Shown here in pieces: positions 24,826 through 37,304 of a DNA stretch of 64,000 nucleotides. The translations under genes were made by a program, and so were the position numbers. The stretch is from the NCBI RefSeq assembly GCF_963921235.1, contig NC_086097.1:248002001-248066000 (forward strand), written 5' to 3'. The notes under the pieces were generated by a model, which saw only the letters and a list, made by a program, of their open reading frames with translations, made no database searches and had not been told where the DNA came from. Numbering within the stretch: position 1 is the first letter of the stretch; every line of letters starts with the position of its first letter. Origin of the DNA: Mobula hypostoma (lineage: Eukaryota).

Positions 24826-26380
24826 GCTCGTTACAAGTAATGAATGAAGAACTTTGGCTTGCATGTGCCAATACAAATCATTTCATCGCAACAGTGTGTT
24901 GAGGTGGTACAAGGCAAAGCAATAACAGAGTGCAGAATGAAATGTTTCAGTTAACAAGAAACTACAGTGCAGGTAAATAGTGAGGTATACAATCACAACA
25001 TGGTAGATTGTGAGGTCAAGTATCTATCTTATTGTATTAGTGGATCATCCAGTAGTGTTACAGCCTCAGAATGGAGAGGTGTCCTTTTAGAATGGAGATA
25101 TGGAGGAATTTCTTTTAGCCAGAGAGTGGTGAATCTGTGGAATTCATTGCCACAGGCAGATGTGGAGACCAAGTCATTGGATATGTTTAAGGCAGAGGTT
25201 GATAGATTCTTGATTAGTCAGAGCATGAAGGGATATGGGAGAAGGCAGGAAGTTAGGGCTGAGAGGGAAATGGATCAGCCATGATGAAATGGCGGAGCAG
25301 ACTCGATAGGCCAAATGGCCCAATTCTGTTCCTGTACCTTATGGTCTTATGTTTATAATAGCAGGATAGAATCTGTCCTTGAGCCTGGTGGTATGTATAT
25401 TCAGGCTTTTGGATCTTCTGCCTGATGGAAGGGGGGAGAAGAGAGAATGTCCAAGATGGGTGAGTGGGCTGTTTCATTATACTGGCTGTTTTATCGAGGC
25501 CTTGAGAAGAGTAGACAAAGTTCTGGCCAGGACTCATGGAAGAGAGAATATGTTGTTTCCAACGTTCCTGATTTTAATGGTGATATTTTTGTTTAGAGCC
25601 AGTGTACTCCTTGTGTATTTCTTGGGTATATTTAAAGTGCACGTTAATATGTTCTTCATTAGTTGGGACATCAAAGGTTATGGGTTGAAGGCAAGAGAAT
25701 GGGATGGAAGGGACAATAAATCAGCCATGATGGAATGGAGGAGCAGACTCGATGGAACAAATCGCCTATTTCTGTTCCTGTGTTCTAAGAAAATCTTGGA
25801 TATCTTGCATTTCAGAGAATGTGTTGATAACACCAATTTCTACCATGGGAAAGGAGATGAAGTTTTGTCGTTCCCCTCCACGTTTCCCAAATGCATTACT
25901 CCCTGTTTAGGCTCTTAACATCCATAACTGAGCAACCAACAGTCGACATTTTGGGCTGACACCCTTCCTTGAAGGGCCTCGACCTGAAATGTCAACTGTT
26001 TGTTCATTTCCATAGATGCTGCCTGATCTGCTGAGTTCCTCCTGCATCTTGTGTGGTGTTGCTTTGGATCTGCAGACCTTCTGGTGTTTATCAATAACTA
26101 AGGACATTTTGGAAACTTACTTTTCTTAGATAGAAGCTATTAACTATGCGGATTACTGGTCCTAAACACGTTTCTTTATTAGAAATACCATGTTTTCTAA
26201 GAAGTATTTTAGAAAACTAGGCATTGATCTATCATCTTTATCCTTGAAAAATTAAGGCCATGGGATGTCAAGATTATGGTGACGTCCTTCTTCCATTCCG
26301 ACAAGAACCATCTCCTCCTTTAATGGAAAATCACATTAAATTTGTCAAATTCTACTTACCATACTCAATCCATTTTTTAG

Positions 26381-26527
26381 GGAGTCAAGATATACGATGC
26401 CAGCTCAAAGCAACGAATCACAAATATTGCTCGGGACAACACAGACTTTCGGCCGGATATGTATCTCTGCAGCCTGTGCTGGAAGGACAACCTAACGCTC
26501 ATTATAGGTTGGGCAACATCTGTTAAG
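26381..26527 (+). CDS. VPS41: VPS41 exon D (147 nt): GVKIYDASSKQRITNIARDNTDFRPDMYLCSLCWKDNLTLIIGWATSVK
   Basis: Acceptor cattttttag, donor gtacgt; matches human GVKIFDIISKQRITNVPRDDISLRPDMYPCSLCWKDNVTLIIGWGTSVK. Confidence 0.96.
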
Positions 26528-27164
26528 GTACGTTCTACTTAACTTCAAAGACAATTTTTTGAAGGGTTTCCTTTCATCCTGAATTATCAAGATGGATCAG
26601 TTCAGGTAGCAATCGTAATTTTGATCTAATGTTTTAATAGCTTTGAGTTGAATGATGGTTAATGTATTTCTGATTCAGAATATGATTTAGTTATCGTTGT
26701 ACATTGAAACCTACAGCGGAATGCGTTAACAATCAGCACACCCGAGGATGTGCTGGGGACAGCCCATAATGTCACCACGCATCCAGCGTCAGCACAGCAC
26801 GCCATCGGTAGAACAACACAGAACACAACAAGCAACAAAACAACAACAGCAAAACAAACCCTTTTCCTCCCACACAGCCAGAAACCCATACACACAGACA
26901 GTTCTCCAACTCCAGACCAGGCCTCCAGCCTCCAGGCTTTGCCCATCAGACTTCAACTTCTGATCTACCCTCTGGTTCAGATCTGTGCTAACGACTCCCG
27001 GACTAGCCAGTGACAGTACCCTGAACTCCAGGCTCAAACTTCAGGCGCACCGATTCGCTGGCTCTTGTGCCACCTGCTCGCACGGGAATCTGATCCTAGA
27101 TGGCCTGCGAACACGGAGTAGACTCTGGATTTCCTTCGTCCGTTGCCCACGTTGCTAGCCTTTG

Positions 27165-27772
27165 AATACGGAGGTTTTAGTGTTATCTTATGGAGAAGAG
27201 GAGTTCGGTGGGTAATAAAATGGACGAGTTCACGGTGCTAGCCAGGCGTCAGAGAACATTTCGGGAGTGCAGTGTTATGTGTTATACTGGAACGGGGCTG
27301 CACGAGGACATACCCGATCAAAACTTTTCCATGGACGGCTTCCAGACCGTTCGGGCTGACCGGAAGTGCACTGAGAGCGGTAAGCGTAAAGGAGTTGGGG
27401 GCTTACTGGTCTGGTTAACAACGGATGGTGCAATCCGGGTCATATTACAATCAAGGAACGTGTTTGTAGACTGGATATTGAACTTTTTGCTGTTGGACTC
27501 CGGCCATATTCCACCGAGATACAATACTGAGCGTCACGGGAGGTCGTTCCTGCCTGTGGCCATCGAAATTTGCAGCTCCTCCCGTGGAGGGTCAGACACC
27601 CGGAGCCAATAGGCTGGTCCTGGACCTATTTTCATCTGGCATAGTTTGCATTTTGTTGTTTGATTGTTTGTGGTTTTTGTATTGCTATATTTATGCTCTA
27701 TTCTTGGTTGGTGTGGCTGTAATGAAACCCAATTTCCCTTGGGATCAATAAAGTATATCTATCTATCTATCA
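27165..27772 (+). mobile_element. Internally deleted Rex1/Babar-type LINE (APE start fused to the 3' end)
   Basis: NKMDE...CSVMCYTGTGLHEDIPD...RADR...GKRKGVG (APE-like) joined at ~27510 to IPPRYNTERHGRSFLPVAI, with the same 3' UTR and (TCTA)n tail as 2091-2504. Confidence 0.72.
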
Positions 27773-27894
27773 TCGTGGGAAAACGTCTTTTGCTGTTCCT
27801 CTCTGAGTACCTGCTCGTACCCAGTTGAGAGAAGCACGGGACAATGTTCGAATCTACTCTCTTTACTAATGATATTGTTTGTTATGGGAATATA

Positions 27895-28461
27895 CACTCA
27901 ATGGCAACTTCATTAGGTTCAGGAGATACTGAACGAAATGACCACAGAGTGTATATATCCGTGGTCTTCTGCTGTTGTAGCCCATCCATTTCAATTTTCA
28001 ACATGTTGTGTGCTCAGAGATGTTCTTTTCCACTACACCACTGTTGTAATGCGTGGATATTTGAGTTACTGATGCCTTCCTGTCAGCTTGAACCAGTCTG
28101 GCCATTCTCCTCTGACCTGTCTCATTAACAAGGGGCTTTTGCCCACAGAATTGCTGCCAACTGGATGTTTTTCGTTTTTCGCACCATTCTCTGTAAGCTC
28201 TAGAGACTGTTGTGTGTGAAAAGTCCCAGAGGATCAGCGGTTTCTGAGATACTCAAACCATCCTGTCTGGCACCAACAACCATTCCATGGTCAAAGTCAC
28301 TTAGATCACATTTCTTCCCCATTCTGATGTTTGGTCTGAACAACAACCGAACCTCTTGACCATGTCAGCATGCTTTTATGCATTGAGCTGCTGCCACATG
28401 ATTGGCTGATTAGATATTTGCATTAATGAGCCGGTGTACCTAATAAAGTGGCTCCAGAGTA
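27895..28461. mobile_element. Tc1-type MITE
   Basis: Degenerate TIRs cactcaatggcaacttcattaggt / acctaataaagtggctccagagta with TA on the left; isolated TIR remnants at ~9718-9750 and ~56722-56768. Confidence 0.65.
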
Positions 28462-29461
28462 TGTGTAAGTTTAATAATTTAATAGGTTACTTATTAGAGA
28501 ATGATGCAATCCAAATTAATTGTTCAGTTCGTACAGATTAGTGGAGAAATTAGAGGGCAAGTTGGAGTTTTAAGGTGTGAAGGCCAGCGATGTGAACGTG
28601 GGACCTCCACAGACCTAGCCTTTATATCAGGTCGGCAGATCAGTGTGGATGAGGGTCGGTGGCCCAACAGAGTCAGTGACCTGTCAGCTGGTTCTGGAGC
28701 GTTTGCGAATCGGTGAGACCGGAGTTCGAGGCCTGCTGTTTAGTGATCATGATCGGCGGGTTCTGGAGTTGATGCCGAGGATCGAGGCCAAGGGTCAAAT
28801 CAGAAGTCTGGAAGTCAAGGTCTATTGGCTGGAGTTCCTAGTCTACTGGAGCTCTGCGAGTCTACTGGGGTAGCTGAAGGCCTGATGCCTGCAAGTTTGC
28901 AAGTCCTCATCCAAATCCGAGTCTGTTGGAGGCCAAAGAAGACAGCCTGACCTGGGGGTTAGACGACTATGTATGTGTGTGGGTGCGAGGGAGGAACAGG
29001 GCTTGTTTTGCTCTTGTTGTCTTGTAACTTGTGTTCTCTTTTGTTGTGTTCTGTGCTGTCCTGCAGAGCATTGTGGGTATGCTATGTTGGCACTGGAACT
29101 TATGGCGACACTTGCGGCCATCGAGTGTGTTGGTTGTTAACACAAACAACACATTTCACTGTATATTTCAAAGTACACACGATGAGTAAACTTCAATCTT
29201 AAATCTTGTAATATTTTTCAAAGGGTTTCTGCTAATGAATCTTATTGGTATGATTATCAACATGAGTATATCCCTTAGAATGTGACATAAAGCCATTATT
29301 GTGCACTTGTGCATCTGTTTAAAGTTCCAAATGGACTTCCATGTGACTTAGAAGTGAGCAATTTGTTTGAAACATAGACCCATGGACAGAGCTGCAACAA
29401 GTAACACCCTCTTATCAGGAGTAGAATTTTAATTTAAAAAATACCTTGTTTCTCTTTTCAG

Positions 29462-29528
29462 GTATGTGTCGTGAAGGAGCGTGATCCAACTGACTTAAGA
29501 GACTTGCCCAATCGTTACGTTGAAATTG
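29462..29528 (+). CDS. VPS41: VPS41 exon E (67 nt, phase 0/1): VCVVKERDPTDLRDLPNRYVEI
   Basis: Acceptor tctcttttcag, donor gtaaga; matches human VCSVKERHASEMRDLPSRYVEI. Confidence 0.95.
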
Positions 29529-30459
29529 GTAAGATTTCTCTCAAATCACTGGTTTGTTTTGACGTGTTCAAGATATCCATGTAAAATAATAACTGTTTCA
29601 ATAGCCAGCACGCATATTGTGATGTAGTAACACATTCTCAACAACATGGAAGTCTCTTGAATGGTTTTTAAAAATCATTAAAATAGTGTTAGCGTCATTT
29701 TTGATGAGTTCTATCAGGATTTCCATGTCCATTTCCACTCTGTGCAAGTTGATACGGTGGTTAAGAATGCATATGGACTGTTGATCTTCATTAATCGGGG
29801 ATGTGATTCCAAGAACTGCCACATAATGTTGCAGCTCTATAAACCCTGGTTAGACCACCCTTGGGATATTGAACTCAGTTCTGGTCAGCTCTTTATAGTA
29901 AGGAAGTGGAAGTTTTGGAGAGGATGCAGAGGAGAAGGGTTAAGAGGGGAGCCAGAATGAGCAGTGGAAAAAGTGAAAAGGTGGAGAGGGAGAGAAAATA
30001 TCTTGTTAGAGAAATCGATATTCGTGCCATCAGGTTGGAGGCTACCCAAATGCAATATGAGGTATTGCTTCTCTGACCTGAGAGTGGCTTCGTCGCGGAG
30101 TAGAGGAGGCCATGGACCAACATGTTGGAATAGGAATGGGGAGTGGAATTAAGATGGTTAACTATCTTTACAATGCTTCCTTTGAGTTATATGTAACAGC
30201 TTCTAATGTCTAGATCTTCCCACCATCACACCCACAATAAGTGTTAATTACTGTCATATCAGTGCAATGGGATGTTCACGGGATTCATGCATATATAGAC
30301 AACTAGTTAAGTGCCTTTTTCCTGGTCTGTCTGGTCTGCATTTTACTGTTCTGAGCTGCATTTTAAATTTCAATGCATATTCAATGCATATTCGGACCTG
30401 AAGGTTGGTCGCTGAAGTCAATATTCGCCATGTGTCCTAACCCCAAAAACGCCCAAACA

Positions 30460-33400
30460 GACCTGAATGGAGCTGAGAGAGGTGGTGAATAGGCAAGTGT
30501 AGCACTTGTGCCCCTTGCAGGGATAAGTGTCAGGGGGCAGGTTAGTGGGGAGGGATAAATGGACAAGGGAGCGATCCCTGCAGAAAACGGAGAGTGGGAG
30601 GATGTGCTTAGTGGGAGAATTGGAGAGTGGGGGGATGTGTTTAGTGGTAGGATAGGAGAATAGGAATGTGTTTAGTGGTAGGATGGGAGAGTGGGGGGAT
30701 GTGTTTAGTGGTAGGATGGGAGAATGGGGATGTGTTTAGTGGTAGGATCGGAGAGTGGGGGGGTGGGATGTGTTTAGTGGTAGGATCGGAGAGTGGGGGG
30801 AGTTGGGATGTGTTTAGGGGTAGGATTGGAGAGTGGGGGGGTGGGATGTGTTTAGTGGTAGGATGGGAGAATGGGGATGTGTTTAGTTGTAGGATCGGAG
30901 AGTGGGGGGGTGGGATGTGTTTAGTGGTAGGATCGGAGAGTGGGGGGAGTTGGGATGTGTTTAGGGGTAGGATTGGAGAGTGGGGGGGTGGGATGTGTTT
31001 AGTGGTAGGATGGGAGAATGGGGATGTGTTTAGTTGTAGGATCGGAGAGTGGAGGAGGAATGTGTTTAGTGGTAGGTTGGGAGAGTGGGGAGATGTGTTT
31101 CGTGGTAGGATTGGAGAGTGGGGGGATGTGTTTAGTGGTAGGATCGGAGAGTGGGGGAATGTGTTTAGTGGTAGGATGGGAGAGTGGGGGAATGTGTTTA
31201 GTGGTAGGTTGGGAGAGTGGGGGGATGTGTTTAGTGGTAGGATCGGAGAGTGGGGGAATGTGTTTAGTGGTAGGATGGGAGAGTGGGGGGATGTGTTTAG
31301 TGGTAGGATGGGAGAGTGGGGGGATGTGTTTAGTGGTAGGATTAGAGAGTGGGGGAATGTGTTTAGTGGTAGGATCGGAGAGTGGGAGGATGTGCTTAGT
31401 GGGAGAATTGGAGAGTGGGGGGATGTGTTTAGTGGTAGGATAGGAGAGTGGGGGGGAATGTGTTTAGTGGTAGGATGGGAGAGTGGGGGGGAATGTGTTT
31501 AGTGGTAGGATGGGAGAGTGGGGGGGAATGTGTTTAGTGGTAGGATCGGAGAGTGGGGGGAAATGTGTTTAGTGGTAGGATGGGAGAGTGGGTGAGATGT
31601 GTTTAGTGGTAGGATGGGAGAGTGGGGGGATGTGTTTAGTGGTAGGATCGGATAGTGCAGGGGAATGTGTTTAGTGGTAGGATCGGAGAGTGGGGGGGGT
31701 GAGATGTGTTTAGTGGTAGGATCGGAGAGTGGGGGTGGTAGGATGTGTTTAGTGGTAGGATGGGAGAGTGGGGGAATGTGTTTAGTGGTAGGATGGGAGA
31801 ATGGGGATGTGTTTAGTTGTAGGATCGGAGAGTGGAAGAGGGATGTGTTTAGTGGTAGGTTAGGAGAGTGGGGGGATGTGTTTCGTGGTAGGATCGGAGA
31901 GTGGGGGAATGTGTTTAGTGGTAGGATGGGAGAGTGGGGGAGTGTGTTTAGTGGTAGGATTGGAGAGTGGGGGAATGTGTTTAGTGGTAGGATGGGAGAG
32001 TGGGAGGATGTGTTTAGTGGTAGGATCGGAGAGTGGGGGGATGTGTTTAGTGGTAGGATCGGAGAGTGGGGGTGGTGGGATGTGTTTAGTGGTAGGATCG
32101 GAGAGTGGGGGTGGTGGGATGTGTTTAGTGGTAGGATCGGATAGTGCAGGGGAATGCGTTTAGTGGTAGGATCGGAGAGTGGGGGGATGTGTTTAGTGGT
32201 AGGATGGGAGAATGGGGATGTGTTTAGTTGTAGGATCGGAGAGTGGAGGAGGAATGTGTTTAGTGGTAGGATGGGAGAGTGGGGGGATGTGTTTAGTGGT
32301 AGAATCGGAGAGTGGGGGGGTGGGATATGTTTAGTGGTAGGATCGGAGAGTGGGGGAATGTGTTTAGTGGTATGATGGGAGAGTGGAGGAGGAATGTGTT
32401 TAGGGGTAGGATTGGAGAGTGGGGGGATGTGTTTAGTGGGAGAATGGGGATGTGTTTAGTGGTAGGATCGGAGAGTGGGGGAATGTGTTTATTGGTAGGA
32501 TCGGAGAGTGGGGGAATGTGTTTATTGGTAGGATCGGAGAGTGGGGGGATGTGTTTAGTGGTAGGATGGGAGAATGGGGATGTGTTTAGTGGTAGGATCG
32601 GAGAGTGGGGGGGGTGGGATGTGTTTAGTGGTAGGATGGGAGAGTGGGGGAATGTGTTTAGTGGTAGGATGGGAGAATGGGGATGTGTTTAGTTGTAGGA
32701 TCGGAGAGTGGAGGAGGAATGTGTTTAGTAGTAGGTTGGGAGAGTGGGGGTATGTGTTTAGTGGTAGGATCGGAGAGTGGGGGTGGTAGGATGTGTTTAG
32801 TGGTAGGATGGGAGAGTGGGGGAATGTGTTTAGTGGTAGGATGGGAGAATGGGGATGTGTTTAGTTGTAGGATCGGAGAGTGGAAGAGGGATGTGTTTAG
32901 TGGTAGGTTAGGAGAGTGGGGGGATGTGTTTCGTGGTAGGATCGGAGAGTGGGGGAATGTGTTTAGTGGTAGGATGGGAGAGTGGGGGAGTGTGTTTAGT
33001 GGTAGGATTGGAGAGTGGGGGAATGTGTTTAGTGGTAGGATGGGAGAGTGGGAGGATGTGTTTAGTGGTAGGATCGGAGAGTGGGGGGATGTGTTTAGTG
33101 GTAGGATCGGAGAGTGGGGGTGGTGGGATGTGTTTAGTGGTAGGATCGGAGAGTGGGGGTGGTGGGATGTGTTTAGTGGTAGGATCGGATAGTGCAGGGG
33201 AATGCGTTTAGTGGTAGGATCGGAGAGTGGGGGGATGTGTTTAGTGGTAGGATGGGAGAATGGGGATGTGTTTAGTTGTAGGATCGGAGAGTGGAGGAGG
33301 AATGTGTTTAGTGGTAGGATGGGAGAGTGGGGGGATGTGTTTAGTGGTAGAATCGGAGAGTGGGGGGGTGGGATATGTTTAGTGGTAGGATCGGAGAGTG

Positions 33401-36400
33401 GGGGAATGTGTTTAGTGGTATGATGGGAGAGTGGAGGAGGAATGTGTTTAGGGGTAGGATTGGAGAGTGGGGGGATGTGTTTAGTGGGAGAATGGGGATG
33501 TGTTTAGTGGTAGGATCGGAGAGTGGGGGAATGTGTTTATTGGTAGGATCGGAGAGTGGGGGAATGTGTTTATTGGTAGGATCGGAGAGTGGGGGGATGT
33601 GTTTAGTGGTAGGATGGGAGAATGGGGATGTGTTTAGTGGTAGGATCGGAGAGTGGGGGGGGTGGGATGTGTTTAGTGGTAGGATGGGAGAGTGGGGGAA
33701 TGTGTTTAGTGGTAGGATGGGAGAATGGGGATGTGTTTAGTTGTAGGATCGGAGAGTGGAGGAGGAATGTGTTTAGTAGTAGGTTGGGAGAGTGGGGGTA
33801 TGTGTTTAGTGGTAGGATCGGAGAGTGGGGGAATGTGTTTAGTGGTAGGATGGGAGAGTCGGGGGGTGGGATGTGTTTAGTGGTAGGATCGGAGAGTGGG
33901 GGGGGTGGGATGTGTTTAGTGGTAGGATGGGAGAGTGGGGGCGGTAGGATGTATTTAGTGGTAGGATGGGAGAGTGGGGGGGTGGGATGTGTTTAGTGGT
34001 AGGATGGGAGAGTGGGGGAATGTGTTTAGTGGTAGATTGGGAGAGTGGGGGGATGTGTTTCGTGGTAGGATTGGAGAGTGGGGGGATGTGTTTAGTGGTA
34101 GGATCGGAGAGTGGGGGAATGTGTTTAGTGGTAGGATGGGAGAGTGGGGGAATGTGTTTAGTGGTAGGTTGGGAGAGTGGGGGGATGTGTTTAGTGGTAG
34201 GATCGGAGAGTGGGGGAATGTGTTTAGTGGTAGGATGGGAGAGTGGGGGGATGTGTTTAGTGGTAGGATGGGAGAGTGGGGGGATGTGTTTAGTGGTAGG
34301 ATTAGAGAGTGGGGGAATGTGTTTAGTGGTAGGATCGGAGAGTGGGAGGATGTGCTTAGTGGGAGAATTGGAGAGTGGGGGGATGTGTTTAGTGGTAGGA
34401 TAGGAGAGTGGGGGGGAATGTGTTTAGTGGTAGGATGGGAGAGTGGGGGGGAATGTGTTTAGTGGTAGGATGGGAGAGTGGGGGGGAATGTGTTTAGTGG
34501 TAGGATCGGAGAGTGGGGGGAAATGTGTTTAGTGGTAGGATGGGAGAGTGGGTGAGATGTGTTTAGTGGTAGGATGGGAGAGTGGGGGGATGTGTTTAGT
34601 GGTAGGATCGGATAGTGCAGGGGAATGTGTTTAGTGGTAGGATCGGAGAGTGGGGGGGGTGAGATGTGTTTAGTGGTAGGATCGGAGAGTGGGGGTGGTA
34701 GGATGTGTTTAGTGGTAGGATGGGAGAGTGGGGGAATGTGTTTAGTGGTAGGATGGGAGAATGGGGATGTGTTTAGTTGTAGGATCGGAGAGTGGAAGAG
34801 GGATGTGTTTAGTGGTAGGTTAGGAGAGTGGGGGGATGTGTTTCGTGGTAGGATCGGAGAGTGGGGGAATGTGTTTAGTGGTAGGATGGGAGAGTGGGGG
34901 AGTGTGTTTAGTGGTAGGATTGGAGAGTGGGGGAATGTGTTTAGTGGTAGGATGGGAGAGTGGGAGGATGTGTTTAGTGGTAGGATCGGAGAGTGGGGGG
35001 ATGTGTTTAGTGGTAGGATCGGAGAGTGGGGGTGGTGGGATGTGTTTAGTGGTAGGATCGGAGAGTGGGGGTGGTGGGATGTGTTTAGTGGTAGGATCGG
35101 ATAGTGCAGGGGAATGCGTTTAGTGGTAGGATCGGAGAGTGGGGGGATGTGTTTAGTGGTAGGATGGGAGAATGGGGATGTGTTTAGTTGTAGGATCGGA
35201 GAGTGGAGGAGGAATGTGTTTAGTGGTAGGATGGGAGAGTGGGGGGATGTGTTTAGTGGTAGAATCGGAGAGTGGGGGGGTGGGATATGTTTAGTGGTAG
35301 GATCGGAGAGTGGGGGAATGTGTTTAGTGGTATGATGGGAGAGTGGAGGAGGAATGTGTTTAGGGGTAGGATTGGAGAGTGGGGGGATGTGTTTAGTGGG
35401 AGAATGGGGATGTGTTTAGTGGTAGGATCGGAGAGTGGGGGAATGTGTTTATTGGTAGGATCGGAGAGTGGGGGAATGTGTTTATTGGTAGGATCGGAGA
35501 GTGGGGGGATGTGTTTAGTGGTAGGATGGGAGAATGGGGATGTGTTTAGTGGTAGGATCGGAGAGTGGGGGGGGTGGGATGTGTTTAGTGGTAGGATGGG
35601 AGAGTGGGGGAATGTGTTTAGTGGTAGGATGGGAGAATGGGGATGTGTTTAGTTGTAGGATCGGAGAGTGGAGGAGGAATGTGTTTAGTAGTAGGTTGGG
35701 AGAGTGGGGGTATGTGTTTAGTGGTAGGATCGGAGAGTGGGGGAATGTGTTTAGTGGTAGGATGGGAGAGTCGGGGGGTGGGATGTGTTTAGTGGTAGGA
35801 TCGGAGAGTGGGGGGGGTGGGATGTGTTTAGTGGTAGGATGGGAGAGTGGGGGCGGTAGGATGTATTTAGTGGTAGGATGGGAGAGTGGGGGGGTGGGAT
35901 GTGTTTAGTGGTAGGATGGGAGAGTGGGGGAATGTGTTTAGTGGTAGATTGGGAGAGTGGGGGGATGTGTTTCGTGGTAGGATCGGAGAGTGGGGGTATG
36001 TGTTTAGTGGTAGGATCGGAGAGTGGGGGGATGTGTTTAGTGATAGGATGGGAGAGTGGTGGGATGTGTTTCGTGGTAGGATCGGAGAGTGGGGGGATGT
36101 GTTTAGTGGTAGGATGGGAGAGTGGTGGGATGTGTTTCGTGCTAGGATCGGAGAGTGGAGGGATGTGTTTAGTGGTAGGATCAGAAGAGGAGAGAGGTGT
36201 CAGAAATGGACCAAGTAAATTTGAGGGCAGAATGGAAGTTGGAAGCAAAGTTGATGAAATTCATTAGCTCATCACTGATGCAGTCATAAAAGTAGTGCAG
36301 GAAGAGTTGGGCAGCTTTGCCAGGGAAGACTTGGAACATAGACTGTTCTACATAACCAACAAAACGGGCAGGCATAGCTGAGATGCAGACATACGGGTGC

Positions 36401-36580
36401 TCATGTCACACCTTGGATTTGCAGAAAGTGGAATGAGCTGAAATCGAAATTGTTGTGGGTGAGGACCAGTTCTGCCAAACGGAGGAGGGTAGTGGTGGAG
36501 GGGAACTGGTTGGGTCTGTTGTCTAGAAAGAAGCGGAGAGTTTTAAGGCCTTCCTGAGGGGATAGAAGTGTATAGGTACT
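30460..36580 (-). mobile_element. Decayed Penelope-like element interrupted by an internal minisatellite
   Basis: 30460-30610 is colinear with the PLE at 44370-44550; 36183-36580 encodes PLE-type RT remnants on the minus strand (EGLKTLRFFLDNRPNQFPSTTTLLRLAELVLT, FVGYVEQSMFQ, LFLHYFYDC for the YIDD motif, LKFTWSISDTSL). Confidence 0.85.
30588..36182 (+). repeat. G-rich minisatellite, modal 33-bp unit CGGAGAGTGGGGGGATGTGTTTAGTGGTAGGAT, roughly 165 units
   Basis: Directly visible tandem array with 31-39 bp unit variants; long identical blocks recur at offsets of 1048, 1912 and 2960 bp. Confidence 0.98.
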
Positions 36581-37304
36581 TTCCTCCAGGTCACCTTAAG
36601 ATTATGCCATTTCACTTTAGCCATTTCTGCTGTGGGATAAAGGTGCTGGCTGTCCACTCGATCTAAGTCTCTTCTGTGTAAATGGTGATTCTAGTTCTGC
36701 TTCTGCATAAGAAATGAAGAATACAACAATCAACAAATACCTTTCAGTTCCAAGCTTTTTATGTCATTGTACGTCACCAAAAGCTGCACCACAAAGTTCT
36801 TACTGTTGATAAAATGCTCGGAATTAAATGCAAACAATTAAATAAACTCTAACAATTTCTACAGATTTACAGTGGAGAGCGTTCTTCCAAGTACTTATCA
36901 TCGTCATTATCATCATTATGTGCCGTGTCATATGATGTGGGCGATCATGGTCTTTCCACGACCGAGATTGCCCTTGCCAATTTTTCTACAGAAGTAGTTT
37001 GCCATTGCCTTCTTCTGGGCAGTGTCTTTGCAAGACAGGTGACCCCAGCCATTATCAATACTCTTAAGAGATTGTCTACTTGGTGTCAATGGTCACATAA
37101 CCAGGACTTATGATATGCACCAGCTGCTCATACGACCATCCACCACCTGCTCCCCTGGCTTCATGTGACCCTGATCGGGGAGGGGGGTGGGTGGGGAGCT
37201 AAGCGGGTGCTACACCTCGCCTGAGGGTGACATGGAGGCTAACTGAGGGAAGGAGTACCCTACACCTCCTTTGTTAGATACAGATTTCCACCCCGTTACC
37301 TGTA

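Noticed and set aside
25379..25918. 179-aa ORF
   Set aside because: It runs across a mosaic of LINE remnants and has no coherent protein signature.
30588..36182. CRISPR array or interstitial telomeric repeat
   Set aside because: There are no unique spacers or cas genes and the context is eukaryotic; TTAGGG appears only in rare variant units, and the unit traces to PLE sequence.
30666..36267. Many ORFs of MCLVVGSESGG / DVFSGRIGEWG repeats
   Set aside because: These are translation artefacts of a 33-bp (11-codon) unit; frames shift at every length variant and the region is intronic.
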